Shown piece by piece: positions 16,816 to 25,700 of a stretch of DNA of 44,141 bases (position 1 is its first letter; each line of letters begins with the position of its first letter). The notes under the pieces are model-generated. The model was not told the DNA's origin, did not search any database, and saw only the letters and a list, made by a program, of their open reading frames with translations. Made by a program: the position numbers and the translations under genes. Location of the stretch: NCBI GenBank assembly GCA_030917725.1, contig JAUPUE010000042.1, forward strand, positions 1-44,141. The letters run 5' to 3'. The stretch is from Patescibacteria group bacterium. GTDB lineage: Bacteria; Patescibacteriota; Minisyncoccia; Phycocordibacterales; EsbW-18.

Positions 16816-17702
16816 TAGTCTGCGATAGATTTCAAGACAGCCTCAATACCCTTCCAGTTCTTGTCCCATTCAGTGTTGGTGTGATCCGTGAGGAGCACGC
16901 TGATTGCTGGAACTTTCTCCTTTGCGAGCCAGTTAACCATATCACCCGTGATTTCGTAGAAATCAAATTCTTCGGATGCTGGGTAGCCTGATGCACTTGC
17001 GTAGGTGTTTGTAAGTTTGAGGGTCTCAGGAAGAACACCATCGTGACAGTTTGAAGCGTACACACCACCTGCTGCGCTGTAGTAGACAACCACTGCCTCT
17101 GGGTCATTCTCTTGAACATAATCGCGCATTGCCTGGCTTTCAACCTCGGAGAATGCTGCCGTACCACCTGAAACGGTCTTGTCCTGCCATGTACCTGATG
17201 CCTGCCAGTCACAGTCGAAGTTGCGGTTCAAGTCAACATTGTTGGCGTTGAAGCGACCTGGGACTGTTGCGCTCTCAGATGTAGGAACGTCAGCCTTTGT
17301 GAAGCGACCCGAAGTTCCAACAACCTTGTTGAGGCCGTCTGGGTTGAGTACTGGGATAACAGTGACCTTTACGTCCTCTGGGATTTTGTCTCCATTGGCA
17401 TCCAAGTAATCCATGAGCTCGTATGCGAGGAGTGTTGTGTTCCATTCGTATCCACCGTGGATACCACCGACAAAGACGACTTCCTTGTCTCCTTCACCGT
17501 AGTGATAGACAGGAATCTCACGTCCTTCTTTTGACATACCGATTGATGTTTCTTCGGTTACTTCTGTTGTCGTTGTGGTCGTCGTTGTTGAAACTGTTGT
17601 TGTTGCCTGATCTACAGGAGCATCTGCCATTTTAGTGCTGACAAAGTAGAGACCGAGCCCGATGAGAACAATTACTATGAGGGCAATGATTGTGGTTTTC
17701 AT
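16815..17702 (-). CDS. membrane-anchored M14-family zinc carboxypeptidase (paralog B)
   Basis: It has the same architecture and motifs (GGIHGGYEWN, DLNRNFDCDW). By eye about half the residues are identical to paralog A. Confidence 0.8.
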   Translation of the reverse strand: MKTTIIALIVIVLIGLGLYFVSTKMADAPVDQATTTVSTTTTTTTTEVTEETSIGMSKEGREIPVYHYGEGDKEVVFVGGIHGGYEWNTTLLAYELMDYLDANGDKIPEDVKVTVIPVLNPDGLNKVVGTSGRFTKADVPTSESATVPGRFNANNVDLNRNFDCDWQASGTWQDKTVSGGTAAFSEVESQAMRDYVQENDPEAVVVYYSAAGGVYASNCHDGVLPETLKLTNTYASASGYPASEEFDFYEITGDMVNWLAKEKVPAISVLLTDHTNTEWDKNWKGIEAVLKSIAD

Positions 17703-17766
17703 ACCCTCTATTTTAGCACATATAACAGCTTACCGAGGAAGGGCCTTTTGAACCGTGTTTTTGGAG

Positions 17767-18183
17767 CTAGAGACCAAAGAATCCAATGAGGACGCTTGCA
17801 ACCCAACCGGTGGCCGAGAGAGCACCAGAGACCATGAGCAGGCGTCGTTCGGGAGCTGAAAGCAAAGCGTACGGCATGATGGTCGCCTTCTGCATCAATC
17901 GGTCGATGAAGATTCCATTGACGAGCAGTGTCGCAACAAAAGCGAGCTTTGCATAAAAGAATGGATTCTCGAACCATACTGCCCACGAAGGCAACGTGAG
18001 CATAACTCCAGTAATGATGAGGATGAACAAGCCAATGAAGACGAGCCGATGTGCCCATCTCACTTTTTTTGGATCGAGTGTCTGTGAACGTCCCGTAAAA
18101 TATCGGAATCCCATGTGGTCGGCGTAGAGTACAACGAGACCCGTTAGGATGAGTGTGCCGAGATGAAATGTAAGAATATCCAT
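17767..18183 (-). CDS. hypothetical four-TM membrane protein
   Basis: 138 aa and hydrophobic. It has the same topology and a similar H..G-containing first loop as CDS 19286..19744. It starts 9 nt after the cytochrome b5 gene. Confidence 0.6.
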   Translation of the reverse strand: MDILTFHLGTLILTGLVVLYADHMGFRYFTGRSQTLDPKKVRWAHRLVFIGLFILIITGVMLTLPSWAVWFENPFFYAKLAFVATLLVNGIFIDRLMQKATIMPYALLSAPERRLLMVSGALSATGWVASVLIGFFGL

Positions 18184-18192
18184 AGGTAGTTG

Positions 18193-18741
18193 TTAGTTGG
18201 TGAGAACACCAATCCAATATTTTGCCAAGATATTCTCGGGGCGCGATTCACCCTCATGCTGACCATCAAACTCAGATGAGCCGTCCTCACCGCAGATATG
18301 GCGAATCTTACTTGCGCCACCAGGGTGTTTGGGAATATACGCAGTGAGGTCATACACACTGCTATTGATGATAGACCAACAGCTCGCATCAGAAGCGTGA
18401 AGAGCAACATCGGCACTGGTGTACGTACCAACAGTAGGTTCTGGAGCTGGCTCAGGTTGTGGAGCCGGTGCTGGAGTTGGTTCGGGCGCAGGAGCAGGTG
18501 TTGGAGTAGGTGTCGGCTCGGGCACTGGTGTTGGCGTCGGCTCCGGTTCAGGGGTTACGACCGGCTCTGGCTCTGGTTTAGGTTCGGTCGTTGATGCAAT
18601 TGTATCTGTTGATGAAGCGGTCTCATTGATAACAAGATCGCCATCAAGAATACGTGTTGCAATCGGCGACACTACTTTGTACGAACCAAAGGCAACGATA
18701 AAGATACCGAGGACTATGAGAATGAGGTTACGGGTGTTCAT
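18193..18741 (-). CDS. membrane-anchored cytochrome b5-like heme-binding domain protein with a (E/T/A)P-rich linker
   Basis: It has a TM anchor, a [21 protein letters not shown]... linker, then [23 protein letters not shown]...EFDGQHEG (HPGG and the second axial His). Confidence 0.8.
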   Translation of the reverse strand: MNTRNLILIVLGIFIVAFGSYKVVSPIATRILDGDLVINETASSTDTIASTTEPKPEPEPVVTPEPEPTPTPVPEPTPTPTPAPAPEPTPAPAPQPEPAPEPTVGTYTSADVALHASDASCWSIINSSVYDLTAYIPKHPGGASKIRHICGEDGSSEFDGQHEGESRPENILAKYWIGVLTN

Positions 18742-18779
18742 ATGTCACAAGTATAACGCCTTGCCTACGCCCACGCACA

Positions 18780-19289
18780 CTACAGCTTCCGACTATCGTA
18801 CGCCCAATGAAGAAGCGCCTGACGTTGCTTGGGACGACACGATTCGTCTCCAATCCGGCAATGTTTTCGCACTTGAGCCATGTGTCTCTGTATCGCTTTC
18901 CATCGCTTCACCTGCTTCTCGTCCTCACCAGGAATTCTTCGGCCCATGTAATATCGGCAGTACCACTGAAACCAACCCCGTGGGTCGTCTTTGTATATCC
19001 ACCCTTTCTTTCTCCAGACAGACAGTGGTTGAGAGGCATTCACACCAAAGTAGTTTAGCGTTGGATCATGTCTTTCGGGACACAGCTTGGCATGCGTGTA
19101 CCATTCTTTTGGAAATTCCTTTCTACAATCTGTCATATACCGACCTCCAAACACTCCTAACTTCAGCATCTGCTGGGGAGTAAGATCGGGCTTAAACTCA
19201 GGAAGATAGTTCTTCCCTGCCGGCTCAGACAGTTCGTACCGGTAGCCCTTTTGCATCTTGTCATTTACTGAAACAATTCTCTTTCTCAT
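18780..19289 (-). CDS. conserved-looking soluble hypothetical protein (W/R/K/Y-rich)
   Basis: 169 aa from the internal ATG, which overlaps the upstream stop as ATGA. Distinctive segments are GWFQWYCRYYMGRR and RWKAIQRH. I cannot name the family. Confidence 0.6.
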   Translation of the reverse strand: MRKRIVSVNDKMQKGYRYELSEPAGKNYLPEFKPDLTPQQMLKLGVFGGRYMTDCRKEFPKEWYTHAKLCPERHDPTLNYFGVNASQPLSVWRKKGWIYKDDPRGWFQWYCRYYMGRRIPGEDEKQVKRWKAIQRHMAQVRKHCRIGDESCRPKQRQALLHWAYDSRKL

Positions 19290-19744
19290 CTGGAAATCAA
19301 ATAATATACAAAGAGTGCAAGCCCTCCCCACCATCCGATATCAGAGACAATGAGTCCGACCATAATCTTTTGTTGCCATGACTGTGGGAGCAATTCTTGC
19401 TGTTTTCCTGCCCGTTCCCTCTCAAGCAAAAACGGGCTGACTTTGAATGAAAGAAAATATCCGTTTATAACAAGCACAAGCGCGATGCACACGTGAATGA
19501 GTGGAACACCGATAAAAGGAGTGTCTCGGTACAAAAGCAATCCTCCGATGATTGCAAAAAGAATACCGACCCAAATCATCGGCTTTGTTACTTTGTGCGT
19601 CCGCGTCGTTGCTTCGGTCCAATATGCAGATTTTCTTCCCAAAAAACCGTGAATGTCGATGACCGTCACCGCACCGAGACCAATGATGAATCCCGCAATG
19701 AAGAGAAAGAGGCCAACAAAATCAAACCAATTAATTGAGAGCAT
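19286..19744 (-). CDS. hypothetical four-TM membrane protein (distant paralog of 17767..18183)
   Basis: 152 aa from the first ATG (MLSINWFDFVGLFLF). The track start at 19771 is a TTG. Confidence 0.6.
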   Translation of the reverse strand: MLSINWFDFVGLFLFIAGFIIGLGAVTVIDIHGFLGRKSAYWTEATTRTHKVTKPMIWVGILFAIIGGLLLYRDTPFIGVPLIHVCIALVLVINGYFLSFKVSPFLLERERAGKQQELLPQSWQQKIMVGLIVSDIGWWGGLALFVYYLISR

Positions 19745-20207
19745 AGATGGCGTAGTTGAGATATGACGCAAAGCTCACCCAGAGGATGTACGGGATAAGA
19801 AGGTACATGGCAGGTCGCGAGATTTTGTAGAAGAGGACCATCGTTGCGACAATTGAGACGAAGAGAAGCGCGATGTTCACGAGCGCGAGGCCAGGATTTT
19901 GCATGCCAAAGAAAACAATCGACCACAATGCGTTGAGCACCAATTGCACACCGTACACCGAGAGAGCTATTTTGACATCCTTTCTCGCCCATCCTTTTTG
20001 CCAAATAAGAAATGCCGAAACACCCATCAAAAGATACAACGTGGTCCACACGGGACCGAACACCCACGATGGTGGATTAAGCTCAGGCTTTGTGAGCGTC
20101 GCATACCACGTTGGAATTGCCGAGAACGTAAACAACGAACCAATGATCCCCGCCAATTGTGTCACCACAACCGCAACAACCAACTTCAAAAAAGTACGTG
20201 CATTCAT
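19731..20207 (-). CDS. tspO: TspO/MBR tryptophan-rich sensory protein (tetrapyrrole-binding)
   Basis: 158 aa from the internal ATG with five TM helices. WYATLTKPELNPPSWVFGPVWTTLYLLMG and LNALWSIVFF are canonical TspO motifs. Confidence 0.9.
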   Translation of the reverse strand: MNARTFLKLVVAVVVTQLAGIIGSLFTFSAIPTWYATLTKPELNPPSWVFGPVWTTLYLLMGVSAFLIWQKGWARKDVKIALSVYGVQLVLNALWSIVFFGMQNPGLALVNIALLFVSIVATMVLFYKISRPAMYLLIPYILWVSFASYLNYAIYALN

Positions 20208-20261
20208 GTAACCAGTGTAGCAGAACTTTTCAACCACACGGGGCGACGGTAGCACCCACCC

Positions 20262-21455
20262 CTACTTATACCTCAACGCCTGGAGCGGATTCATTTTTGC
20301 CGCTCGGCGAGCCGGCCAGAATCCACCAAAGAATCCAACACATGTGGAGAGCAAAATGATGAAGAAGATGAACCACAACGGATAGGCAAAGAGGCGTGTG
20401 TAGACGCCACCAAACGAACGCGCAAGAATATTGAACCCAAGGTTGAGCATCTCACTCCCGATGATACCGAGAATGATTCCCGAGAGTCCTCCAAAGAAAC
20501 CAATGAGTGTTGACTCGACCAAGAAGATCTTTCGAATATCTTGTGGTGCCGCTCCGATCGCGCGCATGATACCAATCTCATTGATACGCTCGAGCAATGA
20601 GATGGTCATCGTGTTGATGAGACCAATCGCGGCGACGATGAGCGCGAAGGTACCAAAGACACCGAGTGCAATCTGGATGGCGCTAAAGATTTTGTTCGCC
20701 TGACTCACGACATCAGAAACCGACGACACAGTGAATCCCATGCCGACAAGCGCGGTGCGCGCATCAGCCATAGCTTTTGAATTTTTGACCTTTACCTTAG
20801 CAAGATCATAGTGCTCAATCTCGAGCGTCGGGAAATCACTTCTGTTGAAATAGACAACGCCCGTATTCCCTGTTCCATCAAGCACACCAACAACAGTGAA
20901 ATCTTCGACAACCACCTGTTGTGGCTCTTCGGGTTTGCGCGGGTTCGGAACCGAGAACGCAAACTTCATTTTCTTGCCGATGATATCTTCGTTTGAAATA
21001 TTGAAGAGCTGTGCGAGAAGCGAGCTCACAACCACCTTCTTCCCTTCTCCCTTTTTAAAGAACGCGCCCGCAAGCGGCAACTTACCGTCAAGACCAAAGA
21101 AGTCTGGGTTCGTAAGATGCACAGTAATCTCTGAATTGATGAAATTGTATGTTGCTTGTCCTGCAAAGCTCGCCTGAGGGCTCACCTTTTCGATATTAGG
21201 CACATGCGATATTTTTGTAACGACCATATCGTCAATCGAAATGACTTCCGAGTCAGACGGCAAGATGTCGAGCGTCAAAACCGATTCTGCGGTTGTAATG
21301 CGTTCGAGCAAACTCTTTTGCAAACCGTATCCAAACGAGACGAGTGACAAGACGACCGCGATAGCAATTGCCACACCCAGGATGGTGAAGAAGAAGCGGG
21401 ATTTCCGCGTCTTGAAGTTCTGCATCGTTATGTACAAAAGATCTACGGTTTTCAT
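20262..21455 (-). CDS. MacB/FtsX-type ABC transporter permease with a large extracytoplasmic domain
   Basis: 397 aa. It has TM1, a loop of about 220 aa, then three TM helices with the FtsX-domain signature (RINEIGIMRAIGA). It starts 1 nt after the ATPase stop. Confidence 0.85.
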   Translation of the reverse strand: MKTVDLLYITMQNFKTRKSRFFFTILGVAIAIAVVLSLVSFGYGLQKSLLERITTAESVLTLDILPSDSEVISIDDMVVTKISHVPNIEKVSPQASFAGQATYNFINSEITVHLTNPDFFGLDGKLPLAGAFFKKGEGKKVVVSSLLAQLFNISNEDIIGKKMKFAFSVPNPRKPEEPQQVVVEDFTVVGVLDGTGNTGVVYFNRSDFPTLEIEHYDLAKVKVKNSKAMADARTALVGMGFTVSSVSDVVSQANKIFSAIQIALGVFGTFALIVAAIGLINTMTISLLERINEIGIMRAIGAAPQDIRKIFLVESTLIGFFGGLSGIILGIIGSEMLNLGFNILARSFGGVYTRLFAYPLWFIFFIILLSTCVGFFGGFWPARRAAKMNPLQALRYK

Positions 21456-21456
21456 T

Positions 21457-22737
21457 TTATTTTGTGAGGAGCACCTCGAGGTATTTACCGAACTTCTTGG
21501 CCGTTGCCTTATTCAAGCCCAATCCGCCATGTGCATGCGATTCGGATACAAATTCTTTGAACTCCTCACTCGTAATCTTATTCTCAATTCGGTACTCGAT
21601 TGCCTGCTCAAGAGCGTGAATCTGGCGTGAGTCCATCGTGCCTTGATACGAATCAAGAAGATGCTTCCTAATAGTAACCGCTTCTGATTCGAACGGATTC
21701 TCTGCGTCTGGTCGAGCATCTCGTTTGGTCCGCTCGATACGCTCGATTTCTTCGACAATCCCTTCGATATCTTTTCCAAGTCGTTTTGCTTTTTGGATAT
21801 AGAGACCAGCACCTTTCTTAGGATCATCGATGAAGCGTACGAGCTCGGCCTCGGTAATCTCTTTTTGAATATAGCGGGCAACAGCAGATTCGATCTTTTG
21901 CTCAGTATCAATGTCATACGGCACAAGCAATGTGCGGACGATAAACTTGGCACGCAATTGAGCTGCGGTAAGGTTTGGATTTGCCTGTTCGAGCTTCTCG
22001 AATTCGGAGAGCTCACCATGGTGTTCATGCGCAGCACGCGCCTCATCGGTATTCAAAACAACGCGTTCGATACGCCCATCTTTCATGTAAAAGACTCTGT
22101 CGGCGTAATGAACGTCTTTTGGATTGTGCGTCACCTGAATAACGGTCTTCTTCTCTTTTTTGTTGATGACCGACAACAGCTCAAGCACCGTCTCGGCATT
22201 CTTCGAGTCGAGATTACCAACAGGTTCGTCGGCGAGGATAATCTCTGGGTCATTCATGAGCGCACGCCCAATTGCGGTTCGTTGTTGTTGACCTCCCGAG
22301 AGCATCGACGGCTTCCGATCCGCATACGGCGTGATACCGAACTTATCCATGAGCTCTTGGGCCTTGGTCTCTCGATCTCGACGAGGCTCACCGGCGAACA
22401 TCTTCGAGAGCATCATATTGTCCTTCGCCGACAAATGAGACACGAGGTAAAAGGCCTGGAAAACCATACCGATGGTGCCACGGTAGAAATGTATCCTTTC
22501 CTTTTCGGTCATATCCTTCAAGTTTTCGTCTCGAATGATGACATCTCCTTCTGTTGCGGTCTCAAGCCCAGCGATTGTGTAGAGGAGTGTTGATTTTCCG
22601 CATCCTGACGGACCAAAGAAGACAATGTACTCCCCTTCAAAGATTTCGAGGTTGATGTTCTGAAGAGCAGCCGTCTCATTGCTCTTGCCACGCTCATAGT
22701 GGACGCTGACGTTTTTGAATTGAATGATCGGTTTCAT
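21457..22737 (-). CDS. MacB/LolD-type ABC ATPase with a ~200-aa C-terminal extension made of two related ~65-aa repeats
   Basis: Motifs are Walker A GPSGCGKST, signature LSGGQQQR and Walker B ILADEP. I chose the start at ATG 22737 (MKPIIQFKNV), 1 nt after the giant gene's stop. The track start at 22752 is also an ATG. Confidence 0.85.
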   Translation of the reverse strand: MKPIIQFKNVSVHYERGKSNETAALQNINLEIFEGEYIVFFGPSGCGKSTLLYTIAGLETATEGDVIIRDENLKDMTEKERIHFYRGTIGMVFQAFYLVSHLSAKDNMMLSKMFAGEPRRDRETKAQELMDKFGITPYADRKPSMLSGGQQQRTAIGRALMNDPEIILADEPVGNLDSKNAETVLELLSVINKKEKKTVIQVTHNPKDVHYADRVFYMKDGRIERVVLNTDEARAAHEHHGELSEFEKLEQANPNLTAAQLRAKFIVRTLLVPYDIDTEQKIESAVARYIQKEITEAELVRFIDDPKKGAGLYIQKAKRLGKDIEGIVEEIERIERTKRDARPDAENPFESEAVTIRKHLLDSYQGTMDSRQIHALEQAIEYRIENKITSEEFKEFVSESHAHGGLGLNKATAKKFGKYLEVLLTK

Positions 22738-22738
22738 G

Positions 22739-25700
22739 CTATTTTTTGCCATTCAAGAATCCGAATGTCGTATCAAAGTTCTCAAAGATGAGGTCAACAA
22801 CCGACGCGCGTGGTTGTGGGGTCAAAATAGTGAACGGCTCCGAGCGTGCAACATCTCCTCCGGTGCTTCCCGACTCCGCACTCATGGTGTACACAAGTCC
22901 CGGAGTAAGCGCCGTGGTAATGACGACGTGATCACGCACCAACGCAGTATCAAGCTTTGTTGACTCATCAAACGTCGTTTTGCTTCCTTGAGAGAAGAAT
23001 ACTTGTGATGTCGCGGGTTTATTGGTTTTCCACGAAATAATGGTCTGCGTCGTCTCAACACGATCAGGAATGATTGATGTTGAAATCTTGAGGTCAGAGA
23101 TTACCGGCTTGCCTGGAGAAAGCGCCGTAGAGACCGGGATGGTGACAGGGCTCGAGGCGTTTCCGTCAACATCAACCGCCCGAAGTTTGACGTTGTACGT
23201 TGTTGAATCGTTCAAGTCTTCGACAGTATATGTGTGATCTTTGACATAGCTCGGGTCTTCAACTTCAAGCACATCCCCCGTCGATGTATTTTTGATTTCG
23301 ATAAACGATTTGCTTGGGAGCGCTGTCTTCCATTCAATCGTTGCAAAATCTTCACCCACGTCGGTCATGCGCGTGTCCATAATATCCGGAATAAGCGATG
23401 TTGTTTCGAATACTCCATCGTTCGACACGGCAACAGCACCAAGATATCCTTCTGAAATCGCCTGGAAGTGATATGTCGATGATGGGTCCAGATTGTCGAG
23501 AATCACCTGGTGTTCTGTTGTTCGCTCATCAGGAAAACCAACCGTAATGGTGTACGGCTCGCCCTTTTTATAATCAGACGACTCCGAATATGCGACGAGC
23601 GAGTTTGATGGTTTGTCGGTAACCCATTCGATTGTTGCCGAATCTGCGGCCGTCCGCGCAGTCACATCAACACCAAAGATGAGTGGCGACTGCGCGGCTT
23701 TTGATGAAAGACTCGAGAAAACCGAGGCGAGTTGGTCTTCCGACGCAGCAAGCAAGATTGCTTCGAGAGAATCAGGCGGCGCTTCGGTCGTTGGGTCTGT
23801 TGTGTCAGCGACAGTGCTACTTTCACCAGCGGTGAACGTCAGGTCTGTGGTGTATCCAGTATTAGCATAGATATCGGCAGCGGTAATTTTGTAGTGATAC
23901 ACAAGACCCGCTGAGAGATTTGTGAGATACACCATGTGTGACGTCTTGTAGACATCAGGATTGCTCGACGTTTTATCGTAAGTCTCTGTCAAACCATACT
24001 CGATTTTTTCGTTCGCAATCTTTGATGTTTGATATGAGACGACCGCCGACGTACCATCGATTGAGTTCACACTTATATTTGAGATTTGTGGCTTTGTGAG
24101 ATCACGGTTATCACGCGGTCTTCCTCCACCACTATTATTGGCGTTAACCGTAACTGTCGTTGGTGAAAGGGTTGTAAAACTATACGGACTACCGCCATCA
24201 TCATCCGAAATTTCGTTACCCGACTTATCACGAGACAACACTCGATAATAATATTCGGACTCCGTCGTAAGCCCGGTGAGCACAACTGCATGTTGTCGCG
24301 TGTAGACGCTCGTCTCTTCGGTAAATGTTCCGAGAGCATTCGTGTCACCCCACTCTATTTGTGATGTTGACGGCTCACTTGTTGTCCATGTGATAGTGAC
24401 ACCCGTCTCACCGATGAGTGCCGTGTCGGTACCACTGATGACCGGTGCCGAACCATCTGACGATGTGTTGAGCGAATAATACTGCACCGTTCCCGAAACA
24501 ACGTTTTGGTCAAAGGCCTCGTTTGATTCAGCATCAACAGATTTCACGTAATAGTAATAGCGTGTACCTTCGGCGAGACCCGAAATAGTCACCGCGTGGT
24601 CTTCGGTCAGCGCGACCGAGCTCGAGACTTCCGGGTCTGACATGTCGCTATTTTCCGAATAGTAAACCGTCGAATCAGCGGGGACGTTCGTGTTCCATGA
24701 GATTGTTGTCTCATTGTCGAACACCTCTGCGGTCGTTACGTTTGAGATAATCGGACCGTCGCTTGTTGTGAATGTATACGTGGGAGATGCAAGTTGTCGT
24801 CCGTTGTCCGAGGAGTCAGTTGATTCGGTGAGGAAATAGTAGTCGGTACTTGGTGTAAGACCTGACAAAACAACCGAGTGCAGTTCGACCATCGACGGCA
24901 CACCGGTCGAATCATCATAGGCAACCTGATCCGACCCTGGATACGTACTTGTTGCGGCATAAAAGACCGTTGAGTCAGACAGCTTGTTTGTTGTCCATGT
25001 AATTGTCGCGCCTGTTGTCGTCACATTGCTGACGGTAACACCGCTCAACGTTGGTGCAGTCAAATCACTTCCTCCAACACCATCGGGCTGATCTGTTGCA
25101 GTGCTCGGAGAGAAGAATGAGATGTTCCCCAAATCGTCTTCAATTGAAACTTTGTATTTATAGGTAGCGGACTCATCCAAACCACTATCAACGATGTAGT
25201 TCACTAAACGATTGCTGATTGTGGTGAGCAATGCAAATGCACCGCCATCGACCGAGCGATACACGTTGTACGAGCTGAACCCATGTTCTGGTTCATCGGC
25301 AACGCCCCATGCAAAGAATTCGCGCCACTCAGAAATGCTTCCGTTCGATGTGTCTTGGAAGAATGTGTTCGACGGTGCAGAAATCGGCGTCAACGAATAG
25401 ATTTCAGTTTCATTGTTGACCGCATCTTTGAACTGCGCGTAGACAACGTCTCCCGATGACAGCTCGAGCGATCGGTTTGCGGCAAAATCCTCATAGTCGG
25501 CATCCGAAAGATCAGGCATGACACCAATCTTCATAAAGACCGCCCCCTCGTCTGTCGCATCAAGCGTCACCAACGGAGTCGCCTGTGATGCATCAAGGAG
25601 GATAGGAGGCGTACCAGCAACTGGTGCAGTAGTATCGAGCGTAAACGCCGCCGATGTTGAAGATGCGGTGTTGTTAGCTGGTTCAGCATCATCGATGATG

